A stretch of DNA of 63,828 nt, the filler included, from Octopus bimaculoides (taxonomy: Eukaryota): NCBI RefSeq assembly GCF_001194135.2. It is 7 parts of 7 records of this genome, joined end to end, with 100 filler letters (N's around TTAATTAATTAA, not from the genome) between each part and the next. Parts side by side here need not be neighbours in the genome. Positions count along the whole stretch, not along the records: positions 11,469 to 16,956 come from NC_068987.1; positions 17,057 to 25,868 come from NW_026347718.1; 5 more parts are not named here. One strand, 5' to 3'. Under the pieces are notes generated by a model. The model made no database searches, had not been told where the DNA came from, and saw nothing but the letters and a program-made list of their open reading frames with translations. The translations under genes were made by a program, and so were the position numbers. Positions 11,469 through 24,019 of the stretch are shown here, in pieces (the first letter of the stretch is position 1; every line of letters begins with the position of its first letter).

Positions 11469-12820
11469 TTGCTGATGTCAACCTACGACACGCTTTATAG
11501 AACACTCACGGATTTATTTCACCCATACACACATACATATACACACACACACAAACACGCGCACGCACACACGCACATACATACATACATACATATATGT
11601 ATATATATATATAAGATTCCAATACCTTGTGAGTAAAATCCAATAGTCTTTAAAATTGGTCATTCCAAGTATAGAGTTTGATTCATTAGCACTGTGTACA
11701 AACTCTATACTTGGAATGTATGTATGTATGTATGTATGTATGTATGTATGTGCATGTGCATGTAGGTGTACATGTACGCTTGCATGAATATATGTATGTA
11801 TATGTCTGAATGCATCTATGAATGCATGTATGTATATGTAGGTATATATGTATACTTGCATGAATGTGTGTATATATGTATGTATGTGAATACGTATGCA
11901 CATATGTATATGTATGCACATATGTTTGTGTGTGTGTGTATGTTTGTGTGTGCACGCGGGCGTATATATATATATNNNNNNNNNNNNNNNNNNNNNNNNN
12001 NNNNNNNNNNNNNNNNNNNNNNNNNNNNNNNNNNNNNNNNNNNNNNNNNNNNNNNNNNNNNNNNNNNNNNNNNNNNNNNNNNNNNNNNNNNNNNNNNNNN
12101 NNNNNNNNNNNNNNNNNNNNNNNNNNNNNNNNNNNNNNNNNNNNNNNNNNNNNNNNNNNNNNNNNNNNNNNNNNNNNNNNNNNNNNNNNNNNNNNNNNNN
12201 NNNNNNNNNNNNNNNNNNNNNNNNNNNNNNNNNNNNNNNNNNNNNNNNNNNNNNNNNNNNNNNNNNNNNNNNNNNNNNNNNNNNNNNNNNNNNNNNNNNN
12301 NNNNNNNNNNNNNNNNNNNNNNNNNNNNNNNNNNNNNNNNNNNNNNNNNNNNNNNNNNNNNNNNNNNNNNNNNNNNNNAAAAAATTCTTCTGATTTTAAC
12401 ATTACTTTTAGTTTCCCCAATATTTTACGATCGTCGTAATCAAATCATAAATATTTCTTTTGACATGCTCCATTTGATGAATGGAACCAACTTTCTGGAT
12501 CATTACTTTACCATTATTTCACCATTATTCCATCATTATTCTATCATTATTTTAACGTTGTTTCATACAACGTAAGGCTGGTTGGCCTTTACTAGATTTC
12601 CTTTCCCAAACATTCAGATTTTAAAAGCACTACCCTTAATACTCTCATGGACTGAATTTTTATTCGGTTTTCTACGGAGAAGAGAGTGGGGGGGAGTGGG
12701 GAGAGAAATAAGGAATGAAAAAAAAACGAAGGGAAGACAGAAATGAAAGGATGAGACAGACAAATTGACAGCTAGAGAGGTTGATAAATACATAAAAAAC
12801 ATACATGCACAAACAGCCCT

Positions 12821-12868
<48 letters not shown>

Positions 12869-13886
12869 ATGCGTGTATGCACGCGTGGGTTTGAGTGTGC
12901 GCGCGAGTATGTGTATGTGTGTATATATATGTTTGTACTAGGTATGTATGTATGTATGTATGATGTATGTATGTATGATGTATGTATATAAAGAGATAGA
13001 GATTTGAAAATCTCTGTCAACTTTAGCTATTCTAATTCCATTTTCATTAACCAAATTCCAAGAGGAAATAGAAACATTACATTTTTCAGGTGCCAATTGT
13101 ATTTGCCGTTTTCCCTTCTTATCTACGATTTTCTCCTTATTTTTTTTTTCTTTTACAATTTTTTTTTTTATATATTTCCATCCAGTTGTGGTATGCGATG
13201 TCCGTGGATTTTGACGAACAAATGTTTAGTGTTCGATGTATTTAATTTTGCACCAAAGATCGACATTGTTGCTGAACAATAGAACGATGACGATTTTCGG
13301 TCCCAGATTTGAGTCCAAGTATCTTAAAAACTTTACATAGGTTTTTTTATTATTATCATTTTTATTTTTATTTTTGCTTTTTCATTTTGACTTCTTTTTT
13401 TTTTTAATGTAGCTATTTCTGTCAGTTTTGAGTACCGTTTGACAGCAAAAACATTTCTTTAAATCAAAAACAGCTTTTACTTAATAGTCTATAACCAGCC
13501 AATCTCATCAGCAAAATTTGTCACATTCTCTCACAGAACTTGTTTAATAAATAAAGCCTCTGTCCGATTTTAATGTCTTTTTTTCTTTTACATTAGCGCG
13601 CACACACACATCTATAAACATTTACACATACATACATAACGTACATATATTTTTTTCATACACACACTTGAATTCATCTATGCATATACATACATATATA
13701 TATATATGTATATATATTCATGTAAACATACATCCATATATACACATAAATATGCAAAACAACTGCCTTGATCTCTACTTATTCAATTCTTATCTGCTAT
13801 TTTATAAAATAATAGAAAAATTTCATTTAAACGTTTTTTTTTTTTTGCATTTTGTGCATTATGCAAAAGAAAGACCCACAAAGAAA

Positions 13887-13924
<38 letters not shown>

Positions 13925-14245
13925 ATTATATTTTGTGTGTGTGCATGCATATATGTATAACACGTATGCATAACACGTTTGTATGTATTCCTTTTTTCAA
14001 ACTGAAACATAACACAGTCAAGTAAATGAGTACNNNNNNNNNNNNNNNNNNNNNNNNNNNNNNNNNNNNNNNNNNNNNNNNNNNNNNNNNNNNNNNNNNN
14101 NNNNNNNNNNNNNNNNNNNNNNNNNNNNNNNNNNNNNNNNNNNNNNNNNNNNNNNNNNNNNNNNNNNNNNNNNNNNNNNNNNNNNNNNNNNNNNNNNNNN
14201 NNNNNNNNNNNNNNNNNNNNNNNNNNNNNNNNNNNNNNNNNNNNN

Positions 14246-14280
<35 letters not shown>

Positions 14281-14284
14281 TCGT

Positions 14285-15255
14285 ATTTGGTTATAGAACG
14301 AGGAATGTCGGTCCCCGAAACCCAAAACCTGTGCATCAACAGTCTCTCTATCTCCTCACATTCCACAGAAAGAATGTTGCAAGTACCTAGGCATAGATAA
14401 AAATGTATCATATGAAGGCACTATGAATAAAGATAGAGTGACCAGAGAATATTACACCAGACTTAGGAAAATACGGCAGTTGGAACTCTCTTCTTACAAC
14501 AAAACAATATCCCACAATGCATTTGTAGTACTAGTGCTGATCCCATTTGGGATACTTGATTGGTCTGTAGAGGAAATCCACTCTATAGATATCAAAACCC
14601 ACAAAATCCTGACTACAACTGGGAACTTCCACAGAAACAGTGATGTTGACAGACCCTACCTAAGAAATGAAGATGGTAGAGGCCTGAAATCAGTGCAGCC
14701 GGCCTTCGAATGCCGCACGGTATCACTCTGGCAGCACCTGTTGAACAACAACAACAGCAAAAATAAATATATAAATGCAGTGCTGAAAAGTGAAGTGAGC
14801 AACATTGCACGAGATGGCAGCGAGCTCATCGAGAAGCACTCGCTTCCTGATAATCTCCTATACAGCCCCAAAACTGCTGGGCTCTTTCCATCCAAAAGAC
14901 CTGGATGGAAAGAACTCAGCATACAAAAAAGACCATGCATGGGTATGTTGCCCGGAAGCTTGAAGGAGACAGTAGAATTGACACGAAACGCAGCCTCTCT
15001 TGGACACAAGACCACTACATCACATCACACTTTGAAAGTTATGCGTTTGCAATGCAGGAACAGGAGATTGCCACAAAGTACCTGGTGAACAAGAGAGACA
15101 GTGACGCTCTTGTAATTCCAAGGTGCGACCACATGTGTTGGCTATGTCATGTTTCTGTGGAAGACACCACGCATGTGATTAGCAGCTGTCCTAAAAAGTC
15201 GTCACGCTACTACCTCCCTATGCGGCATGATGATACCGCTAAACAATTTACAATG
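14285..15255 (+). mobile_element. R4/Dong-clade non-LTR retrotransposon fragment (end of RT through CCHC/RHD region), frameshifted
   Basis: CKYLGID (RT domain 7), SDVDRPYLRNEDGRGL (R4-type DVDRLY..RKEGGRGL), then in another frame CWLCHVSVEDTTHVISSC (CCHC) and RHD. Confidence 0.85.
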
Positions 15256-15702
15256 NNNNNNNNNNNNNNNNNNNNNNNNNNNNNNNNNNNNNNNNNNNNN
15301 NNNNNNNNNNNNNNNNNNNNNNNNNNNNNNNNNNNNNNNNNNNNNNNNNNNNNNNNNNNNNNNNNNNNNNNNNNNNNNNNNNNNNNNNNNNNNNNNNNNN
15401 NNNNNNNNNNNNNNNNNNNNNNNNNNNNNNNNNNNNNNNNNNNNNNNNNNNNNNNNNNNNNNNNNNNNNNNNNNNNNNNNNNNNNNNNNNNNNNNNNNNN
15501 NNNNNNNNNNNNNNNNNNNNNNNNNNNNNNNNNNNNNNNNNNNNNNNNNNNNNNNNNNNNNNNNNNNNNNNNNNNNNNNNNNNNNNNNNNNNNNNNNNNN
15601 NNNNNNNNNNNNNNNNNNNNNNNNNNNNNNNNNNNNNNNNNNNNNNNNNNNNNNNNNNNNNNNNNNNNNNNNNNNNNNNNNNNNNNNNNNNNNNNNNNNN
15701 NN

Positions 15703-15790
15703 GGCGGTAGTGGCGGCGGCGGCGGTAGTGGCGGCGGCGGCGGTGGGGGCTAAAGTGGTGATGGTGCTTGATGATGATGGTGTTGGTAAG
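15703..15790. repeat. (GGC)n/(GAT)n trinucleotide low-complexity tract
   Basis: Directly visible. Confidence 0.85.
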
Positions 15791-15799
15791 GATGGTAAA

Positions 15800-16030
15800 G
15801 ATAAAGTGAAGACCTTCGGTCACGAATGACAATGGGATTGCACCTAGAAAGTTCCCCTCTGAGGCACAAGTCCGAGCAAGGTTGTTTGTGAAAAACCAGC
15901 AGTCGCTCATGCATACCAGTCTTCCCTTTCCATGCCACCAATGTTGTTGTCCAAATGAAAGGCAAAGGTCGATAGAGCTTGGCACCAGTGATGTCACAAC
16001 TCATTTCTGCAGCTGAGTGAAATGGAGCAG
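15800..16030 (-). mobile_element. SINE with CORE-like centre and a distinct 3' tail
   Basis: Reverse strand reads CTCCATTTCACTCAGCTGCAGAAATGAGTT, matching 33580-33610 and 62020-62050, followed by a different tail. Confidence 0.6.
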
Positions 16031-16486
16031 GTGGTTTTGTATGTTGAGTTGTTGTTGTGCCTAGCTGTATTAGTAAATTTGTATATCTGTGTATGCATAC
16101 ACACACACACATACACACATTATATGTATGCGTGCACGTGTATGTGTGTGTGTGCACGTGCGAGGACAAATACAGGTATATTGAATATCATACAGCATAA
16201 ACTTTTGATTTATCAAAATTATCTCTACCTCTGCAGGATATATTATAATTACCTACCGGCAATTAGGACTAGTTCATATGAGAAGAGGAAATCTCAAGAA
16301 TCAAAAAAAGATTTATTGTCAGGAAATAAAACGACTTTCGTTTCTGCCTCAATAGGCGTCATCAACACGACCACCGTCCTAACTTCAGCAGCCAAAGGAT
16401 ATTAGACATATGCATGAGTTAAGACTGGATCTGGTCGATTTGAACATAAAACTAATTAAATATTTGGGCCGGTTGTTGTTGTTGTT

Positions 16487-16842
16487 GGCACTCCGTCGCT
16501 CACGACGTCGAGGGTTCCAGTTGATCCGATCAACGGAACTGCCTGCTCGTGAAATTAGCGTGCAAGTGGTTGAGCACTCCACAGACACGTGTACCCTTAA
16601 CGTAGTTCTCGGGGATATTCAGCGTGACACAGAGTATGACAGGTACAACAGAAGCAGAAGAAAGAGTGAGAGAAAGTTGTGGTGGAAGAGTACAGCAGGG
16701 TTTGCCACCATCCCCTGCCGGAGCCTCGTGGAACTTTAGGTGTTTTGGCTCAATAAATACTCACAACGCCCGGTCTGGGAATCGAAACCGCGATCGTATG
16801 ACCGCGAGTCCGCTGCCCTAACCACTGGGCCATTGCGCTTCC
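16487..16842 (-). mobile_element. SINE-B, full length
   Basis: Reverse complement of 10256-10618. Confidence 0.92.
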
Positions 16843-16956
16843 ACATTTGGGCCGGTTATGACCTTTTTAAACGCTAACAGTTTATATACTTACTGAGCTT
16901 CCACCATCACCACCACCCTGTACATAGATGTAACACACACACACACATACACACAC

Positions 16957-17056
16957 NNNNNNNNNNNNNNNNNNNNNNNNNNNNNNNNNNNNNNNNNNNN
17001 TTAATTAATTAANNNNNNNNNNNNNNNNNNNNNNNNNNNNNNNNNNNNNNNNNNNN
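16957..17056. other. Artificial scaffold join
   Basis: 44N-TTAATTAATTAA-44N. Confidence 0.95.
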
Positions 17057-17299
17057 CATACACCTAAATACCTAGCTAGTGTGTGTGTGTGTGTGTGTCA
17101 GGGAGTGTGTGTGCATATATATATATAAATATATATATATCTATATGTGTGTGTGTGTATCTATATGGAGCAAATAATTCAGGAGAAAATATTTGGGAAA
17201 AAATAATATTGAATCTGCTATTATCTAGTGTAACAATTAAAAATGATAATGATAGAATCAATAATATAGGCGGTCGCAGGCCCCCGAAAAAGCATTAAA

Positions 17300-17540
17300 T
17301 AGCTGAAGGGCCGACCAAAGCCTTGTGAGTGGATTTGGTAGACGGAAACTGAAAGAAGCCCTTCGTATATATTTATATGTATATGTATATATTTGTGTTT
17401 GTGTATATGTTTGTGTGTCTGTGATTGCCCTCGCCCCCCAATATTGCTTAACAACCGATGCTGGTGTGTTAAGGTCCCCGTAATCTAGTGGTTCGGCAAA
17501 AGACCCCGATAGAATAAGTACTAGGCTTGCAAAGAATATG
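17300..17540 (+). mobile_element. SINE-C (headless) with internal microsatellite
   Basis: GGGCCGACCAAAGCCTTGTGAGTGGATTTGGTAGACGGAAACTGAAAGAAGCCC...GATAGAATAAGTACTAGGCTT. Confidence 0.88.
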
Positions 17541-18007
17541 TCCTGGGGTGGATTTGCTCGAAGGGGCCATACATAATTTCGTTGCTTCGTCATTTTGATG
17601 CTGTGAATGTACATTTTGAGAATGACATTTGTAGGGTAGAATACGAGAGGCCGAGTTTAGCTGGTTTGAATTTTAAACCGGCAGAATATTTCGACTGGAT
17701 GTAACTGGATCAATCGCTAAATTGTTATAGTAAACGAATAGATTGATTTTTTTTTCTTTTGTTTTATTTTTTCCTCGAGGGAGGTTAGACTCTTGCCTCG
17801 TCTCATCTCTATGTTTATCATTACAGTACAAGTATTTTCCCAGATATTGCGTTAGAACTATTTGTTTCTCTGGTTATTTATTTCATTCCATACATCAAGT
17901 ATTTGCAAGCTTACAAAAGTTAAGTCGGATCTTTTGAAAAACCAGCACCTCCGGGGGGAATTTTATTTTCATTAAAAGACAAATTAACGGAGAAGACAAA
18001 GACATAC

Positions 18008-18179
18008 CCTGGAGCTTTCGGTATACGTGATGAGGCTGTCTTCGTTACCAGTCGTTAAGTAGCAAAATAAACATCACTACCCGCTTCACGCTCATCATTT
18101 GGGGGCAAAGAATCTCAACATGATTTTCCTCTTGTCTTTCCTCTCGTTTTCACGTATGTTGCATTGTTTCTTCGCAAGC
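18008..18179 (+). repeat. Direct repeat, copy 1 (copy 2 at 18640-18825)
   Basis: GCTGTCTTCGTTACCAG...CTACCCGCTTC...GCTCATCATTTG...GAATCTCAACA...CTCGTTTTCACGTA shared between the copies. Confidence 0.85.
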
Positions 18180-18351
18180 AGACAGAGGAGGGCGGTGTTG
18201 GGTCACTAGCAAACGGTTACATAATTTTCTTTTTAGTTTCACAAAACTCTGCTCAAAAGTCTGTAGAAGCTCTTGGAGAACCGCGGAGATTTATTATCTC
18301 TTTTAAAATGTGTAATGATGGGACAAGACAAGGGCTTTCGTATACCATAGA

Positions 18352-18639
18352 CTCTAGGGTCTATTCAAACTTTTTGACTTGCGGACCCCTTTATATTTCA
18401 GGCTTTACCCTTATAAACGCTTATGAAATTTACTCATAAATATTTGCTTAAGATAACATATTATTATATTTATTTATTTAACAGTATTTAACAAATAGGT
18501 TTATTGTCAATTAAAAGGTTCCGATTAAAAAACATATATAAAATCAAATTGCCCATAAACAGTATTTGCTGTCCACGGACCCCCTGTCTTGCCCTTGCGG
18601 ACCCCCTGTGGTCCGCGGACCACAGTTTGAAAACCACTG
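18352..18639. mobile_element. hAT (Charlie-like) MITE
   Basis: Right end GTCCGCGGACCACAGTTTGAAAACCACTG followed by CCCTAGAG (Charlie-type target); left end TATTCAAACTTTTTGACTTGCGGACCCC. Confidence 0.6.
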
Positions 18640-18825
18640 CCCTAGAGCTATCGGGGTTCGTGACGAAGCTGTCTTCGTTACCAGCTGTTAAATAATAAAC
18701 TAAACATCGCTACCCGCTTCGTGCACTTAATAAGCTCATCATTTGAGGGCATAGAATCTCAACACGATTTTCCTCCTCTCTTCTCTCTCTCGTTTTCACG
18801 TACGTCGCATTAGTTCTTCACAAGC
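18640..18825 (+). repeat. Direct repeat, copy 2 (copy 1 at 18008-18179)
   Basis: Same shared blocks; truncated by N gap. Confidence 0.85.
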
Positions 18826-19500
18826 NNNNNNNNNNNNNNNNNNNNNNNNNNNNNNNNNNNNNNNNNNNNNNNNNNNNNNNNNNNNNNNNNNNNNNNNNNN
18901 NNNNNNNNNNNNNNNNNNNNNNNNNNNNNNNNNNNNNNNNNNNNNNNNNNNNNNNNNNNNNNNNNNNNNNNNNNNNNNNNNNNNNNNNNNNNNNNNNNNN
19001 NNNNNNNNNNNNNNNNNNNNNNNNNNNNNNNNNNNNNNNNNNNNNNNNNNNNNNNNNNNNNNNNNNNNNNNNNNNNNNNNNNNNNNNNNNNNNNNNNNNN
19101 NNNNNNNNNNNNNNNNNNNNNNNNNNNNNNNNNNNNNNNNNNNNNNNNNNNNNNNNNNNNNNNNNNNNNNNNNNNNNNNNNNNNNNNNNNNNNNNNNNNN
19201 NNNNNNNNNNNNNNNNNNNNNNNNNNNNNNNNNNNNNNNNNNNNNNNNNNNNNNNNNNNNNNNNNNNNNNNNNNNNNNNNNNNNNNNNNNNNNNNNNNNN
19301 NNNNNNNNNNNNNNNNNNNNNNNNNNNNNNNNNNNNNNNNNNNNNNNNNNNNNNNNNNNNNNNNNNNNNNNNNNNNNNNNNNNNNNNNNNNNNNNNNNNN
19401 NNNNNNNNNNNNNNNNNNNNNNNNNNNNNNNNNNNNNNNNNNNNNNNNNNNNNNNNNNNNNNNNNNNNNNNNNNNNNNNNNNNNNNNNNNNNNNNNNNNN

Positions 19501-19708
19501 GTACTCTTTCACCACAACTTTCTCTCACTCCTTACTTCCTGTTTCTGTTGTGCCTGTAATTCAAAGGGGCCAGCCTTGTCACATTGTGTCACGCTGAATC
19601 TCCCCGAGAACTACGTTAAGGGTACACGTGTCTGTGGAGTGCTCAGCCACTTGCACGTTAATTTCACGAGCAGGCTGTTCCGTTGATCGGATCAACTGGA
19701 ACCTTCGA
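19501..19708 (+). mobile_element. SINE-B 3' part
   Basis: Near identical to 10405-10606. Confidence 0.9.
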
Positions 19709-19825
19709 CGAATTACAGGCTGGGACTTCTTTCACAATTGGTTCGCTCCATCTGGATTGTCCTGGGGTTAAAGAACAACAACAGCGATAACAGTGTACAG
19801 CCAATAGTGGGGGGGGGAGACCTCT

Positions 19826-19960
19826 ACGCGTTGATCAAACAGCTAGAAGTAGCAGCCAAATGTACTGTCATCTCTTTTTGAAATAATATGAAGAACACAT
19901 TGGAAGGATATCGTGACAGAGGAACCAAAAGTCGGAGTGGTCACGTTTGGAAAGCTTTTT
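19826..19960 (+). repeat. Family D old repeat
   Basis: GCTAGAAGTAGCAGCCAAAT...ACACATTGGA...GTGGTCACG. Confidence 0.6.
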
Positions 19961-20059
19961 AGCTGACGTTTTCTAGATTGAGTCTGACCTGGAATCGTAC
20001 CACCACCACCACAAACCATCAACATAACTACCACCACCACCACCACCATACTGTCTTTT

Positions 20060-20234
20060 CACACATTCACTCTCGTTCTCCATTTACCAAATCGCTTCGT
20101 CTTTCTCTCTCTTTCTCTCTCTCCCTCTCTGTATATCTACCTTTCTCATATTGTCTTCCCCTATCTATCTGCCTTATCTGTCTACCCCCCTCTTTCTCTC
20201 TCTCCTTGTCCCTCTCTCTTGTTCTTGCCTCTCT

Positions 20235-20266
<32 letters not shown>

Positions 20267-20401
20267 GCTCTCTATCTCTCTCTACATGCAACTCCGTCTC
20301 TTATCGTCTGCCAAACTCACCAACTCTCCTTCTCCTTTCTTACCTTCTTTTTCGTTCTCTTTCTTTCCTTCATTCTTTCTTTCTCTCCCCTCTCTCTCTC
20401 T

Positions 20402-20441
<40 letters not shown>

Positions 20442-20713
20442 ATCTCACTTCGGTTCTCCCTCTCGTTTCTCCTTTACTCTTTCACTCCATTCACTCTCAC
20501 CCAGACTCCTACTTCGTCTCTCGTTCTTCCCCTGTTCCTCTCTCTCCTCCTCCTCTATCTTCCTCTGTTCCTCTCTCTCTCTCTTTCTCCGTTCCTCTCT
20601 ATCTCTCCCTCTTTCTCTCTTCCTCTTTCTCTCCCTACCTTCCTCTCTTTCTCTGTTCCTCTCTATCTCTCCCTCTTTCTCTCTCCCTTCCTCTCTCTCT
20701 CTCTATCTCTCTA

Positions 20714-20745
<32 letters not shown>

Positions 20746-21107
20746 CCCCCGTCAGACATCACACTCCACCTGTTCTTTATACCTTATCCAGCCTTACTCT
20801 TCTTTCTCGTCACTCTGCTCTTTATGTCGATAGAGTTCCTTTCATCTTTCTCTCTTTCTCCACACACACACACACACACACAAATATGCCTCTACCGGTG
20901 TCAGCTCAATGCGCAGTCACACACACACACACACACACGCATCCATGCTCTCCACCTCCCTCTATTTGTTTGTCCGTCGCTGTCTCTTTGTCTCTCACTC
21001 CACCGCCGCCACCATCTTCATCACAACCATCGCAAAGAAACGTCACACTCACTCCTACTCCTATTCCATACTATGCTCTCACTGTCACCACCACCCCACT
21101 CTCTCTT

Positions 21108-21140
<33 letters not shown>

Positions 21141-22202
21141 TTCTTTGTCACTCACATGTTTAGTTTTCTTTATCTTGTTTTCTCTCTCTCGTTTTCTTTA
21201 TACTCTCACTCACTCTCTCTTTTCTCTTTCTTGCTTTCTTTCTTGTCTCTCTACTCTCACTCATTCTTTCTTGCTTTCTCCTCTGTCTCCTTTCTCCTCT
21301 CTCTCTCTCTCTCTCTCGCTTTCTTACTTTACACTCTCTCTCCTCTCTCCTCTGTCTCTCTCGCTTTCTTACTTTCTCTTACTTTGCTCTTTCTCTTTTT
21401 CTCTTCCCTCTCTTTTTCCCCTCTCTCTTCCTTCTTTTCTCCGCTTACTCTTCGCTCTTTCTTGCTTTGTCCCCTCACCCCCTCCCGCCACTTCTCTCCC
21501 TTTTCTTCTTCACTTCTCATTCTCCCCTCTTTCTCTTCTTTCATTTTCTTCACTCTTTCACTTTCAGTTTCACTTTCTCTTACTTTGTCTTCTCACGCTC
21601 CGTCTCTCACTCTACTCTCTGCCTCTCTCTGCCTCTCTCTTTCTTGCTTTCTTTTCCACTCCACTCCCACTCCTTACCTCTCTTTCTGCTCTCTCTCTCT
21701 CTCTCTCGCTATTCACTTCTAGCACTTTTACAGACACACACACACACACACAGATAAATACAATTACACATATAATACACACACACACGCTGTTCCATAT
21801 ACACGCATACGTATACAACACACACACACACACACACATGTACAGATACTAATACGTTCAAACACACACACACATACTACACACACTTACAGCGCATACA
21901 CACACTAAACAATGCACACAGTCTCTTTCTCACGCCTACATGACTCCCACATTGTATTCCTTTATCCTTTTCCTTCTTTCTTCCTTTCTTTAGCTCTCCT
22001 CTCTTCTCCTCTCCCTCTACTTCTCTCTTGCTCTCTCCCTCTTACTTTCACTCTCGTGCTATTTACCCCTCTTTCTCGCTCTCTCGTTTTCTTGTTCATT
22101 TTCTCTCTCGTTTTCCTTCCCTTTCTTTCTTATTCTCTGCTTGTCTCACTGCCTTGCTCTCCCTCTCTCTCTCTCATCTTTCTCTCTCACACACACACTT
22201 GA

Positions 22203-22238
<36 letters not shown>

Positions 22239-22240
22239 TT

Positions 22241-22285
<45 letters not shown>
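20060..22285 (+). repeat. Polypyrimidine (CT)n-rich low-complexity tract with (CA)n inserts
   Basis: Directly visible; source of the spurious 624-aa and 523-aa Ser/Leu ORFs. Confidence 0.95.
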
Positions 22286-22926
22286 NNNNNNNNNNNNNNN
22301 NNNNNNNNNNNNNNNNNNNNNNNNNNNNNNNNNNNNNNNNNNNNNNNNNNNNNNNNNNNNNNNNNNNNNNNNNNNNNNNNNNNNNNNNNNNNNNNNNNNN
22401 NNNNNNNNNNNNNNNNNNNNNNNNNNNNNNNNNNNNNNNNNNNNNNNNNNNNNNNNNNNNNNNNNNNNNNNNNNNNNNNNNNNNNNNNNNNNNNNNNNNN
22501 NNNNNNNNNNNNNNNNNNNNNNNNNNNNNNNNNNNNNNNNNNNNNNNNNNNNNNNNNNNNNNNNNNNNNNNNNNNNNNNNNNNNNNNNNNNNNNNNNNNN
22601 NNNNNNNNNNNNNNNNNNNNNNNNNNNNNNNNNNNNNNNNNNNNNNNNNNNNNNNNNNNNNNNNNNNNNNNNNNNNNNNNNNNNNNNNNNNNNNNNNNNN
22701 NNNNNNNNNNNNNNNNNNNNNNNNNNNNNNNNNNNNNNNNNNNNNNNNNNNNNNNNNNNNNNNNNNNNNNNNNNNNNNNNNNNNNNNNNNNNNNNNNNNN
22801 NNNNNNNNNNNNNNNNNNNNNNNNNNNNNNNNNNNNNNNNNNNNNNNNNNNNNNNNNNNNNNNNNNNNNNNNNNNNNNNNNNNNNNNNNNNNNNNNNNNN
22901 NNNNNNNNNNNNNNNNNNNNNNNNNG

Positions 22927-23015
22927 CCTGAAATTTCAGAGGAAGGGATCAGTGTTCCACTGGTACTTAATTTATCAACCTTGAAAAGATAAAAGGCAAA
23001 GTCGACCTCGGTGCC
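22927..23015 (-). mobile_element. SINE-A fragment
   Basis: CTGGTACTTAATTTATCAACC...AAAGGCAAAGTCGACCTCGG. Confidence 0.75.
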
Positions 23016-23017
23016 TT

Positions 23018-23608
23018 AATAATAATGATAATGATAATAATAATAATTACAATGCTCGGATGCAGTACCAGAGAGTGGCTCTCATGGCTTCTGATCTTAA
23101 TTGATTGGAAGTGTTATCATGTACATTGTTTTGTCTTGGGCTACAGCAAATATTCTGCTCAATACCACAGATTTGCTTGTCAGTTGTTTGACCTTAACCA
23201 GTTGAGCATGTCCCTTGGTGGCTGACGATATGTGCATCCCTGATCAGGAGCAGAAGTTGTGAGGGAGCATCGTAGCCATGTGTTGAGAGGAATTCTTTGG
23301 GGCTTGGATAATTCACCTCTGGAAACATGGGTGTTTTGCTCAACAACCTTAAACATACCTTATTCAGGGACCTTTTGAGACCTACTCGACCTGAAGAAAA
23401 TTTTAACTAGGCCCCACCTGCGAGGTCATGCACTGTTTATCTTGATATGAGATCACCATGTCGTGCACATATGGTTGTGATGCATGTGCCTGGTGTACCC
23501 TTATCAGACGGGTAGTCATGATGGGTCTATTGGGCTTCGTACATTTGTACCCCAGTGTCACTTTGATGGCATGCACTGCTCTCTCATTCAATAATAATAA
23601 TAACAATA
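23018..23608. mobile_element. Unclassified ~540-bp interspersed element flanked on both sides by (TAA)n
   Basis: (TAA)n at 23018-23048 and 23588-23608; diverged inverted copy of the central part at 41230-41390. Confidence 0.6.
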
Positions 23609-23609
23609 A

Positions 23610-23745
23610 TCCTTTCTACTAAAAGCACAAGGCCAGGAATTTGGGGAAGGGGACAAATAGATTACATCGACTCAGAACGTAAAGACGGACGAAATGCCGT
23701 TAAGAGTTTGTCCGGCGTGCTAACGATTCTGCCAGCTCGACACCT
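23610..23745 (-). mobile_element. SINE-A with internal deletion
   Basis: GCACAAGGCCAGGAATTTGGGG...TACATCGAC|TCAGAACGTAAAGACGGACGAAATG...GCCAGCTCG. Confidence 0.8.
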
Positions 23746-24019
23746 CACGGTAACTTAATAGTCTTTTCTATTATAGACACAAGCCTTAAGAGGGTGCACA
23801 GTGGATGTTGGAAGTTTGAAAGAGAGAGAGAGTATGGAGCACGAGAAGGTCAAGAGAGGGCTCCGAAAGAATGAAGGAGGGTTGCTTTTTTATGTTTGTG
23901 ATTTTGTGGGAGGGAATGCTTGAGTCAGGCAGGACATGGTCAGCCATCAGAGAAGTCGCAGGAATGAAGCCCTTGTAAATTGTGAAATTTCTAAGGTCGC
24001 ACATGTTCCGTAACAGTAT

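Noticed and set aside
19978-21852. 624-aa and 523-aa ORFs
   Set aside because: Translations of (CT)n low-complexity DNA (Ser/Leu repeats); they lack stops only because A and G are depleted.
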